The position numbers and the translations under genes are program-made. A stretch of DNA of 64,000 bases from Planctomycetota bacterium (GTDB lineage Bacteria > Planctomycetota > UBA1135 > UBA2386): NCBI GenBank assembly GCA_965223545.1, contig OZ245006.1, forward strand, positions 5,024,001 to 5,088,000. Direction: 5' to 3'. The notes below the pieces were generated by a model. The model had not been told where the DNA came from. It was given only the letters and a program-made list of their open reading frames with translations, and made no database searches. Numbering within the stretch: the stretch's first letter is position 1; each line of letters starts with the position of its first letter. Shown piece by piece: positions 39,543 to 48,566 of this stretch.

Positions 39543-41432
39543 GCGGAGCGAAGGGTGAGCGCCCGTCAGCTCTTGATCCTGAGGAAGAGGGAGTCACCGT
39601 CTACCCACACGAATTCCTGAAGACCCCCTTGCACTCGCTGTCCTTTCGTCGACTGCCACCGCGCAATACCAACCCACGCAGGTCTACAACATGGAGACCG
39701 AGCCCATTCTCGGCTCGGGAACGCCGAGTACGACCAGCTTGGGGGCTGCGCTCGACGCGGACATCGTCCGAACAGGTCTCACGTCGCCCCGGTTTATCGG
39801 GTTGGCTGCCTTCGCTAGCGGGCTATTCCCATTCACCTGGGATGGGCCGACCACGGCGCCGAATTTTGGGTCAGCTCTGGCGGGGTCCGGGTCGGGCGCG
39901 GTGGGCGTCACCATTCTCCCTCGACAGACGAACGTCGCGCCCGGCTCGCGGCTGACTGGCTTCGCGTACTTGTTTCCCGGCGGCGTGCCCAGGCCAACGC
40001 TCTTCGACGTCTTTATCGGCAGTTCCAACGTGCCTCCGTCAACGGCCAACTCTCGGGGTGCGAACGTGCCGACAACCTCGCTGGATCTCACGGCGGAGTT
40101 GGTTTGGCTCCAAGGTGCCTCAGTCCCATATGTGATCTACTGGGGTGCGAGCCAGTCACCGAGCCAGTTGGTTGCGGCTACGATCGATATGGTGACTGGT
40201 TCCGTAGGCTCGGCGTTCCCGGTGGCCGAGCCGCCCTCAGGCATGGGCACCCACCTTTATCTTGATACTCTTGTCGATGAGGATGGGCGGGCGCGGGCCT
40301 TGATCACTTCCGAACTCAGGACCGGGGGAAGAGACATTCACTTCTGGCCGAACTTCAGCACTCCCGGTGCCTCAACTCAACCATCTGTCCAATTCTTGAC
40401 GGGCCTCTATTCATCGGTTGCCGCGGTCGATGGCACTGTATTGGTTCGCAATGACTCCCTGCCGAACCCTCTATGGGAGCGCTACGGGATGTTCATGCTA
40501 TCGGGCCCCGATGCCGATACCTCGGCGTTTGGCACGACGGTCAATCAGTTCGCCTGGATTCCGCCAGACTACTCTCCCCTTTCGCTGTCTTTGTTGCTCG
40601 ACCCGGTGCTGAACTCCACCGGGACTCCAATGTTCGTGCTCTATCCTAATCGTCAGCATGCTAAGGGAGTTTTTCATTTGACCCACCTGGCCTACCCGGT
40701 CCCAATGGCGAACATGGGGGGTGTCTATCGCGGGAGCTGGGTCGTCCCCGCCTTGGCGCAGGGTGTTTCAGGGTGGTACAGCCAGGCGATCGGCCTCGAC
40801 CCAGTTACGGCTTGGGCGCCCAACGTCGCGGATCTCTGAGTGTTGGCCGGCGGCGAAGGCCCATCGCCTACGACGGCCGGCGGGCGAGGCCGACCACGGC
40901 GCGCACGGTGATCCACAGGCCCGTGGTCCACCAGATTGCGTCGAGCGCGGTCGGCGCCGACGTGTCGACCGAGGCAAGCGTCCCGATGCCGATCGCGCTG
41001 GCGGCGAGCATCCCGTTGCGCATGTAGGCGTAGTGGCGGGAGCCCCAGTGGATGCCGTCGGTGACGAAGCTGACCGCGTTGAGTGGTTGGGCTACGGCCG
41101 CGATCCACCAGGCCGAGGCGAAGACGCCGTGCGCGGCCGCGGGGACGAGCTCGGCCGCGACCCAGTCGGTCGAGGCCCACATCGCGGCGGTGAGCATGGC
41201 TCCGGTGAGCACGCCCCACGCCAGCGAGGTGCGGGCAGCGCGGCGGGCGAGGTCGAGCCGAGCAGCTCCGGCGAAGGCGCCGACCAGCACCTGCGCCGCG
41301 GTGGCGAAGCCGTAACTGTTCCGGCACGCACGTTCTTCGCGCCGCGCCGAACCGGCGCATGAACAGAAACTTCGGCCACCGGGTGTCGGCACCGGCGCCG
41401 GCCACGACGGTGACCGTCCGTAGCTGGCTGGG

Positions 41433-43055
41433 CTACGAGCCCACGAACAACTGACGCACGATGTTGTCGATCGCGTTGTCGGCTTTGGCGATCTGGGCAC
41501 GCCGTTGCCGTCCCAGCATCCAGCCACGCGGAGTCAGCTGACCGACCTGGGAGGCAGGAGTGGTCGAGATCGCGTGAAGCACATCCCGCAGGTAGAGCAG
41601 CGGGCTGATGCCATGCTCTCGACACGACTGGACGAGACTCAAGAGGATGAGTGAAGCTTGGGTGCCGTCCTCGGATCCGAAGAAGAGCCAGTTCTTCTTG
41701 CCGATCACGACTGCACGCAGAGCACGCTCGCAACCGTTGTTCGAGATCTCGCGGATGCGGCCATCGGTCAGGAAGCGCTCGAGAGCAGGCCACTGGTTGA
41801 GCCCGTAGCGAACTCCCTCCATGAGCGGCCCCTTCGGGAGGCTCGGCTGGTCGATGTGCATCTGCTCGAGCCAAGCCTTGAGCGCGTTCGCAATCGGGCG
41901 AGAGTCGCGCTGACGGACCTCGACCAGCTCGTCATCCGTGAAGGGTCGACCATCTTTGCCCTTCTTGGCGACGCTCTCGATCGCGAACAGCTTGCCGATC
42001 CAGCCCAGAGCCTTCTCCGTGGTCGAGTCGCCGAGCTTCCGCGCATTCACGAAGTAGCGACGAAGGTGTGCCCAGCATCCGATGCGCGCGATGCTGGTTG
42101 GATCGAGATCGCTGTAGCAGTCATGGCCATCGCACTGCAACCGACCACCGCGGTCGCCCAAGACCTCTTTGGGGCTGCCGCGATTGCGTGAGTCCGTAGC
42201 GGTGTAGAAAACCCCGGCGTGTTGATCGCGCCACGCCCACACGTGGATCTTTTTCTGTCCGGGGTTTCGGCCGTTGCGCTGGTTGCCGTAGGTGTCGTCC
42301 ACCTGCAGGACGGAGGTGTCGAGGCTCTCGAGAACTTGCTCGACATGGGCATCGAACACGGGCTTCAGGAGCTCGGCACAGCGCATCGCCGAAGTGCATA
42401 GGACGCTACGCGACAGGCTGAGCCCCTCGGCTGCGTACTTCTTCTCCAACCGCGCGTACGGCATGTGGTTGGCAAAGCGGTCGAAGATGATCTGCGCAAG
42501 GAAGCCGGGGCCGAGGATGCTTTTGTCGAGGACTCGGGTGGGGCCCGCGGCGACGACGACGTAGCCCTGACAGGTCGCGCAGGAGTACTTCTTCCTCACG
42601 ATCTGGTGGACGAACGAGAGCTCGATGCGCTCGAGCTCCTGCGAGACCTCTTCGCCGAACTCCCGACGGCCGTTGCCGCAGCAAGGGCACAGCAGGTCCT
42701 CGCCCTCGATCGTGAATACGGAGCGTTGCCGCGGAAGATGCTCTGGGAAGTCCTTGCGTCGCTTGGTGCGCTTGCGCTTGTGCTCGGGGACGGTGATCTC
42801 TTCGGCCTCTTCTTCGGCCGCCTTGGCGTCGGCTCCCGCTTCCTCTACAGCCTCTTGCGCGAACGGCAGCAGCTGTCGCGGGTCGATGTAGCGGCTCTTC
42901 TCCGAGCGGCGACCGAACAGCATGCGCTGAAGGTCGGACATCTGCGACTTCAGCGACGAGATCTGCGTGAGCAGATCCGGGATCAAGGCACGTAGCTGCG
43001 CCTCATCCAGTGCGTCGACGTTGACCGTTTGCTTGCGACCGCCCATCGCGACCAT
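41433..43055 (-). CDS. tnpC: IS66 transposase TnpC
   Basis: LFGRRSEK, CPCCG, LQVDDT, LQCDG, GCWAHLRR, ISNNGCER, KKNWLF. Confidence 0.95.
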   Translation of the reverse strand: MVAMGGRKQTVNVDALDEAQLRALIPDLLTQISSLKSQMSDLQRMLFGRRSEKSRYIDPRQLLPFAQEAVEEAGADAKAAEEEAEEITVPEHKRKRTKRRKDFPEHLPRQRSVFTIEGEDLLCPCCGNGRREFGEEVSQELERIELSFVHQIVRKKYSCATCQGYVVVAAGPTRVLDKSILGPGFLAQIIFDRFANHMPYARLEKKYAAEGLSLSRSVLCTSAMRCAELLKPVFDAHVEQVLESLDTSVLQVDDTYGNQRNGRNPGQKKIHVWAWRDQHAGVFYTATDSRNRGSPKEVLGDRGGRLQCDGHDCYSDLDPTSIARIGCWAHLRRYFVNARKLGDSTTEKALGWIGKLFAIESVAKKGKDGRPFTDDELVEVRQRDSRPIANALKAWLEQMHIDQPSLPKGPLMEGVRYGLNQWPALERFLTDGRIREISNNGCERALRAVVIGKKNWLFFGSEDGTQASLILLSLVQSCREHGISPLLYLRDVLHAISTTPASQVGQLTPRGWMLGRQRRAQIAKADNAIDNIVRQLFVGS

Positions 43056-43416
43056 TGATACGAACAGAGCGCGAGTAATGCCGACGAAACTTGGCGGATT
43101 TCAGATCAATCCCTTCGAGCAACATCACGAGCTGTGCGCGCTCGACTTCGACATGTGTGGCGTCGCCGCTCTTGGGACGCCAACTGTCAAACGTGCCGCG
43201 CTCGAGTCGCTTCATCGAGATCCAGAAACCGTTGCGATCCCAGAACAAGATCTTCACGCGATCGCGACGCCGGTTGAAGAACGCGAAGACGTCGCCATCG
43301 AACGGATCCCGATGAAAGCTGTGCTGGACGATCGCGCTCAGCCCGTCGAACGACTTCCTCATGTCGGTTGGCTCGTTGGCGACGTACACGCGCACGCCCG
43401 CTGGGAAGGCCAGCAT
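43003..43416 (-). CDS. tnpB: IS66 accessory protein TnpB
   Basis: PTDMRKSFDGL, KILFWDRNGF, KRLERGTF. Confidence 0.95.
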   Translation of the reverse strand: MLAFPAGVRVYVANEPTDMRKSFDGLSAIVQHSFHRDPFDGDVFAFFNRRRDRVKILFWDRNGFWISMKRLERGTFDSWRPKSGDATHVEVERAQLVMLLEGIDLKSAKFRRHYSRSVRINGRDGRSQANGQRRRTG

Positions 43417-43745
43417 CAGTCGGCCACAGAGTCCAGCAAGCGGTACGCGATGTCTTGAGCAATCGCGCCCTCGAACTCCGCGACGACGCCCGCCGGGAAC
43501 CTGAGCCGCACAAGGCTCGAGCTCTCGCCCTCGTCGTTACTCGTCCGGCCCCGACCATCGCGATCGACGACTCGGACCTCCGCGAACCCAGTGCTCTCCT
43601 CCGATCGCAACCGATGCGACCACCAACTCAGCGTCCCGATCGGGATACCGAACCGCTCCGAGAGCGCACGCAGCGAAAACCCTTCCTGCTCGCGGAGCGC
43701 GAGAACCTGCCGGATCTCACGGCGACGACTTGCTCGCTTCGACAT
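43416..43745 (-). CDS. tnpA: IS66 accessory protein TnpA (HTH)
   Basis: SLRALSERFGIPIGTLSWW HTH, FAEVRV; lies upstream of tnpB. Confidence 0.85.
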   Translation of the reverse strand: MSKRASRRREIRQVLALREQEGFSLRALSERFGIPIGTLSWWSHRLRSEESTGFAEVRVVDRDGRGRTSNDEGESSSLVRLRFPAGVVAEFEGAIAQDIAYRLLDSVAD

Positions 43746-44676
43746 GGCCGCATCGTGGCGAACGACTCGAGCGTTTGCAGACGTGGTTGCCGGAACAGTT
43801 ACGCGAAGCCGTCGAGGGCCAGGGCGGTGAACATCCACACTTGGCGGATTGCGTGGTGGGCAGCGCCGGCGTCGTCGCCGGCCTGCTGGGCGGTGCGCGT
43901 GGTCGCCACCAAGAACACCATCAAGAGGCACGTGCGCAGGATCATGTCGCGGCCGACGACGAGCAGCTGTCCGGCGTCGGCGAGACCGAGGCGGTCCGGG
44001 CGGCCGAGTCGAGCGAAGATGGCGGACAGCGACCACGCGCACGCCAGCCACTGGCTGGCGACCGTTGCCCAGGCGGCGCCGGCGATGCCGAATGCGGGGA
44101 TCGGGCCGAGGCCGGGGATCAACAGCGCGTTGAGGCCGACGTTGACGAGGTTGCTGAGGATCGCGATCCGCAGTGGCGTGCGCACGTCGCGGCAGCCGCG
44201 CAGCGCGCCGCTGGCGGTGAGGGTCAGCAGGATCGCCGGGGCGCCGAGGGCGGTGATGCGCAGGTAGGTCGTGGCGGCGTCGAGGGTCGTGCCGCGTGCC
44301 TCCATCCAGTGCGCGATCGGCCGCGCGGCGAGCATGCCGCACAGGGCGAGCACGGCGCCGCCGATCGCGGCGAGCAGAAGGGCGGTGCCGGTGATCGAGC
44401 GCGCGCGCGCGGCGTCGCCCTCGCCGTCGGCGCGGGCCACTTCGGTCTGTGCGCCGGTGGCGGTGAACTGGAATACCCAGAGGACCGCGGGGAGCACGGT
44501 CGTGCCGACGCCGAGGGCGGCCACCGAGGCGACGCCGAGCGGGGCCACGAAAGCGGTGTCGACGAGGCCTTTGAGCGGCTCGGCGACCAGCGCGGCGGTC
44601 ACCGGCACGGCGAGCCCGATCGTCGTGCGGTGCGGCGCGCGCTCGAACGCGTCGGCGGTGTCGCGCTCGGTGCCGG

Positions 44677-45525
44677 TCACCACGCCCGCAGGCCGCGCAC
44701 GAGCGGCAGGAACTCGGGCGCGTCGGCGGCGATCGCCCCGTGCCGCAGCAGAAAGTCGATGATCACCAGGTTGCAGTTGAACTTGAACTGCCGGCCATCG
44801 CGCACGAGGGCTGCGACCCGGTCCAGGGGCCAGCGGTGGAAGCTCTCGGCCTCGCCGTCCGCCGGCCGCGGCACGAAGTCGTCGGGCAGCTCGAGATCGA
44901 AGCAGAACATGCAGTCGGGCTTGAGCCCGGTGTCGTTCTCGTGCACGTAGGTGACCGCACTGACGGGCTTGGCGCCGCGCGCCAGTGCTGCGGGGACCGC
45001 GGCCTCTTCGCCGCATTCCTTGACGACGTTGTCGTGCAGCGACAGGCCGATCGGTTGGCCGCCGGCGGCGAGGTTGTCGAGCAGGCCCGGATAGGTCGGC
45101 TTGTCCCTGGACCGGCGCGCGATCCACATCTCGAGGCCGCCGGCCGTGCGCACGAAGCCGTTGACGTGCACGCCGTAGGCGTGCGCGCCAAACCAGGGCA
45201 CCGCGGCGCGCTCGATGTGGGCGAGCGCCGGCGCGCCCCATCGCGTCCCGATCGGATACCGCTCGCCGCGCCAGGCGCGGATCTCACCGCGCTGCATCAG
45301 CCGGTCGACGGTCTCGCCGAGCGCCGCGCTGCGCGCATCCACCGTGGTCAACCCGGGGTCGAGCTGGACGCCACCGGGGCTCGTGTGCAGGTCGCGGCCG
45401 CACTCCGCCAGGATCGCGAGACGGTCTTGCCGCACCCAGCCGACGCGGGTCTCACCGATCGAAAACGGCACGTAGCGGCGCAGGTCGTGCGCGTTGCACT
45501 CGGCGATGCGATCGGCGAAGCCCAC
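44677..45525 (-). CDS. NUDIX hydrolase with DUF4743-like N-terminal domain
   Basis: WRGERY, YGVHVNGF, RRSRDKPTYPGLLDNLAAGG, KECGEEA Nudix box, FKFNC. Confidence 0.88.
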   Translation of the reverse strand: MGFADRIAECNAHDLRRYVPFSIGETRVGWVRQDRLAILAECGRDLHTSPGGVQLDPGLTTVDARSAALGETVDRLMQRGEIRAWRGERYPIGTRWGAPALAHIERAAVPWFGAHAYGVHVNGFVRTAGGLEMWIARRSRDKPTYPGLLDNLAAGGQPIGLSLHDNVVKECGEEAAVPAALARGAKPVSAVTYVHENDTGLKPDCMFCFDLELPDDFVPRPADGEAESFHRWPLDRVAALVRDGRQFKFNCNLVIIDFLLRHGAIAADAPEFLPLVRGLRAW

Positions 45526-45630
45526 CGCGGCAGCGTAGCCGGCTGGCCGCCCGGCGGCGACGGGCGAGATCGGCGGTTGGGTGGCGGTCGGGACGCGGTT
45601 ACTGTCGGCGCCGGAGGTTGATCCAGACCC

Positions 45631-46587
45631 TTGCAACGAGAGCTCCAAACAGCCATCGACGCCGTCATGCAGGCGTCCTTCGTCTGCCGGTCGGTGCAGC
45701 AGCAGCTGGCCGGTGCGGTGTTGGAAAAGAACGACCGCAGCCCGGTGACGGTGGCGGACTTTGCCAGCCAAGCGCTGATCTGTCGGGCGCTGCGCGAGGC
45801 CTTTCCGGACGACGTCGTCGTCGCTGAAGAGGCCGCGGATGCGTTGCGCTCCGGCGAGCACCAGGCGCTCGCCGACCGGGTCGTCCGGCACGTCGCCGAA
45901 GTGCGGCCCGAGGCCGACGCCGGCGCGGTGTGTGACTGGATCGACCACGGCGGTGGCACGCCGTCGGGCAGGTTCTGGACACTCGATCCGATCGACGGCA
46001 CCAAGGGCTTCTTGCGCGGCGAGCAGTATGCGGTCGCGCTGGGACTGATCGTGGACGGCCGCGTCGAGGTGGCGGCACTCGGCTGCCCCAACCTCGAGGT
46101 GGGCGGCACGCGTGGCGTCGTGTTCGGCGCGGTGCGCGGCCAGGGCGCCACGCGCCGCGGGCTCGACGACGATGGCCCGCCGCAGCCGGTGCGCGTCAGC
46201 GGCGTGACCGACGTCAAAGGCGTCCGCTACTGCGAGTCGGTCGAGAAGGCGCACAGCTCGCACAGCCGCGCCGCGCGCGTGGCCGAGGCGTTGGGCACGC
46301 AGGCCGAGCCGGTCCGCTTGGACAGCCAGTGCAAGTACGCGGTCGTCGCCTGTGGTGACGCCGAGGCCTACATGCGGTTTTCGCGCGGCGACTACCGCGA
46401 GAAGATCTGGGACCACGCCGCGGGCTTGCTGGTCTGCACCGAGGCCGGCGGTCGGGTCACCGACGTGCACGGCGCGCCACTCGACTTCTCGTGCGGCCGG
46501 CAGCTGGAGCGCAACCAAGGGGTGATCGTCACCAACGGTGCGATCCACGACGCCCTGCTGCGCGCCATCGCGGAGGTGCCCGAATGA
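45631..46587 (+). CDS. 3'(2'),5'-bisphosphate nucleotidase (HAL2-like, inositol monophosphatase family)
   Basis: SPVTVAD, WTLDPIDGTKGF, DSQCKY, EKIWDHAAG. Confidence 0.93.
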   Translation: MQRELQTAIDAVMQASFVCRSVQQQLAGAVLEKNDRSPVTVADFASQALICRALREAFPDDVVVAEEAADALRSGEHQALADRVVRHVAEVRPEADAGAVCDWIDHGGGTPSGRFWTLDPIDGTKGFLRGEQYAVALGLIVDGRVEVAALGCPNLEVGGTRGVVFGAVRGQGATRRGLDDDGPPQPVRVSGVTDVKGVRYCESVEKAHSSHSRAARVAEALGTQAEPVRLDSQCKYAVVACGDAEAYMRFSRGDYREKIWDHAAGLLVCTEAGGRVTDVHGAPLDFSCGRQLERNQGVIVTNGAIHDALLRAIAEVPE

Positions 46588-47597
46588 GGCCGCCCGCGCG
46601 TTCGCTACTCTGCCTGCTGACGCTGTGGTGCGCGATCGCCTGCGGGCAGCCCGCAGCACCCGGCGCCGCCGGTGCGGCGGCGCCGCGCGTGGCCTACGTC
46701 ACCAACGGGCCGGTGGACTTCTGGTCGATCGCCGCCGCCGGTGCGCGCGCCGCAGCCGCCGAATTCGCCTGCGAGGTCGACGTGCGCATGCCCAACGGTG
46801 TCGTCGAGCAACAGCGGGTCATCGAGGACCTGCTGACCCAAGAGATCGAAGGCATCGCGGTCAGCCCGATCGACGGGGACAACCAGGCCGCGCTGATCGA
46901 CAAGGCGTGCGCGGCGACGCCCGTCATCACCCACGATTCGGATGCGCCGTCCACCAAGCGACTCGCGTACGTGGGGATGGACAACTACGACGCCGGGCGG
47001 ATGTGCGGCAAGCTCGTGCGCGAAGCACTCCCGGACGGCGGCGAGATCATGCTCTTCGTCGGCCGCCTCGAGCAGGACAACGCCGCGGGCCGGCGGCAGG
47101 GCGTCATCGACGAGCTCTTGGGGCGCCCGCACGACCCGTCGCGGCGCGATCCGCCGGGCCAACAGCTGACGGGCAACGGCTTCGTCATCCTCGACACCCG
47201 CACCGATCAGTTCGAGCAGGCCAAGGCCAAGACCAACGCCGAGGACGCGTTGTCGGCGTATGCGGACCTCGACGGCATGGTCGGTCTGTTCGCCTACAAC
47301 ACGCCGGCGTGTCTCGAAGCGCTGCGCGGCGCGGGCAAGCTCGGCGAGGTCGTCCTGGTCGCGTTCGACGAGGACGATGCCACGCTGCAGGGCATCGTCG
47401 ACGGCCACGTGCACGGCACGGTCGTCCAAAACCCGTATCGCTACGGTTACGAGTCGGTGCGCATCCTCGCTGGGCTGGCGCGTGGCGAGGACGTGCTGCC
47501 CGACGGTGGCTTCCTCGAGATCCCGGCGCGCGCGATCCGCAAGGACAACGTGCGGCAGTTCTGGGACGAGCTCCGCGCGACGTTGGCCGGCGGCTGA
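46584..47597 (+). CDS. Sugar ABC transporter substrate-binding lipoprotein (RbsB-like)
   Basis: Lipobox IAC, GIAVSP, THDSD, YVGMDNYDAG, AFDED, VQNPYRYG. Confidence 0.9.
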   Translation: MRPPARSLLCLLTLWCAIACGQPAAPGAAGAAAPRVAYVTNGPVDFWSIAAAGARAAAAEFACEVDVRMPNGVVEQQRVIEDLLTQEIEGIAVSPIDGDNQAALIDKACAATPVITHDSDAPSTKRLAYVGMDNYDAGRMCGKLVREALPDGGEIMLFVGRLEQDNAAGRRQGVIDELLGRPHDPSRRDPPGQQLTGNGFVILDTRTDQFEQAKAKTNAEDALSAYADLDGMVGLFAYNTPACLEALRGAGKLGEVVLVAFDEDDATLQGIVDGHVHGTVVQNPYRYGYESVRILAGLARGEDVLPDGGFLEIPARAIRKDNVRQFWDELRATLAGG

Positions 47598-47598
47598 G

Positions 47599-47778
47599 TC
47601 AGCAGGCGGCGCGCGCCCGCCCGCCGCGGCGGCGGCACGCTCTCGCCGGAGCGGTGCTGGTCGCGGTGGCGGTGGTGCGGCGCCGCGGAGCGCCCATCGC
47701 GCGGTCCTTGTGCACCGACAGCACGGCAGCGGTCAGCAGGCAGAAGAACGCGACGATCCAGCAGCAGATCTCGAACAA
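47599..47778 (-). CDS. Possible small membrane protein (59 aa)
   Basis: TTG-start ORF (L/M)FEICCWIVAFFCLLTAAVLSVHKDR... with one TM and an Arg-rich tail; fills an intergenic gap. Confidence 0.35.
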   Translation of the reverse strand: MFEICCWIVAFFCLLTAAVLSVHKDRAMGAPRRRTTATATSTAPARACRRRGGRARAAC

Positions 47779-47950
47779 CCCATCTCGGTTACCCCCACCA
47801 GAACGGGAGCACGTCGCGTGCCAACTTGGTCCTAGCGGACGCGAGCCCTCGCTGCGATGGACGCCAGAGCCGCGCCCTGCGCTGCGCCGGTCGGTCCTGT
47901 GTTGCGCAAACCCAACGTCGGCGTCGCGCTGCGACGACGCCGGTGCCGCG

Positions 47951-48526
47951 TCAGCGCGACGCCGCGCGCCCCTCGATGCCGAGCTCGGCGGCCACCGGCC
48001 GCAGCGCCTCGATCACGAACTGGATGTGGTCGCGCAGCTCGACGCCCAACATCTCGGTGCCGGTATGGACCTCGTGGCGCTCGACCTTGGCGGCGAAGGC
48101 CTTGTCCTTCAGCTTCTTGATCACGCTCTTCGGCGTCAGCGTGGCGACGCCCTCGGGGCGGACCAGACTGCAGGCCATCACGAACCCGGTCAGCTCGTCG
48201 CACGCCAGCAGCGCCACGTCGAGCTTGGACTCGTAGGCGACGCCCCACTGCGTGTAGTGCGCCGAGATCGCGTGCGCGAGCTCGGGCTCACCGCGCTCGC
48301 GCAGCCAAGCGACGATCTTCTGCGGGTGCTCGTCCGGCCACTTCTCGTAGTCCGCGTCGTGCAGCATCCCGGCGATCCCCCACCGCTCGACGTCGGCCTC
48401 ACCGGCACCGTAGCGGTGCGCCGCCGCGCGCATCACCACCTCGACCGCCCGCGCATGCTTGCGCAGCGAAGCCGTCTCGGTCCAAGAACACAGGTGCTGC
48501 CAGGCAGCTTCGCGGTCCAAGCTCAT
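47951..48526 (-). CDS. HD-domain (HDIG-like) hydrolase
   Basis: LRKH, GMLHDADYE, AISAH, ACDELTGF, KDKAFAA. Confidence 0.9.
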   Translation of the reverse strand: MSLDREAAWQHLCSWTETASLRKHARAVEVVMRAAAHRYGAGEADVERWGIAGMLHDADYEKWPDEHPQKIVAWLRERGEPELAHAISAHYTQWGVAYESKLDVALLACDELTGFVMACSLVRPEGVATLTPKSVIKKLKDKAFAAKVERHEVHTGTEMLGVELRDHIQFVIEALRPVAAELGIEGRAASR

Positions 48527-48539
48527 GCGCCAACCGAGA

Positions 48540-48566
48540 GTACCGAGTCAGGCTCGATTTTCTCGC
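48540..48566 (+). repeat. REP-like unit overlapping the recD2 stop codon
   Basis: gtaccgagtcaggctcgattttctcgc; matches the 2872-2898 copy at 25 of 27 positions. Confidence 0.7.

Larger units (their letters stand above)
36156..39626 (-). mobile_element. ISL3-family element (3471 bp) carrying a group II intron
   Basis: 26-bp imperfect IRs (ggcgcttcaggaatctgtgtgggtag / ctacccacacgaattcctgaagaccc); 8-bp TSD ccttgcac at 36148-36155 and 39627-39634. Confidence 0.93.
36134..40839 (+). pseudogene. Secreted protein gene interrupted in its signal peptide by ISL3 (remaining ORF 39691-40839)
   Basis: Joining 36134-36155 to 39635 gives in-frame MKRTLLALAVLSSTATAQYQPTQVYNMETEP... Confidence 0.85.
41312..43802 (-). 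mobile_element. IS66-family element
   Basis: IRs gtaactgttccggca / tgccggaacagttac; 8-bp TSD gcgaagcc at 41304-41311 and 43803-43810; tnpA-tnpB-tnpC. Confidence 0.96.
40868..44680 (-). pseudogene. MATE/DinF-family transporter interrupted by IS66
   Basis: The N-terminal part (GLVDTAFVAPLG...ALALDGFA) stops at the IS; the C-terminal part (GFATAAQVLVG...DGIHWG) resumes beyond it. Confidence 0.9.

Noticed and set aside
43003..43416. TnpB as an RNA-guided nuclease
   Set aside because: This is the small IS66 accessory TnpB, unrelated to IS200/IS605 TnpB; no RuvC motifs.
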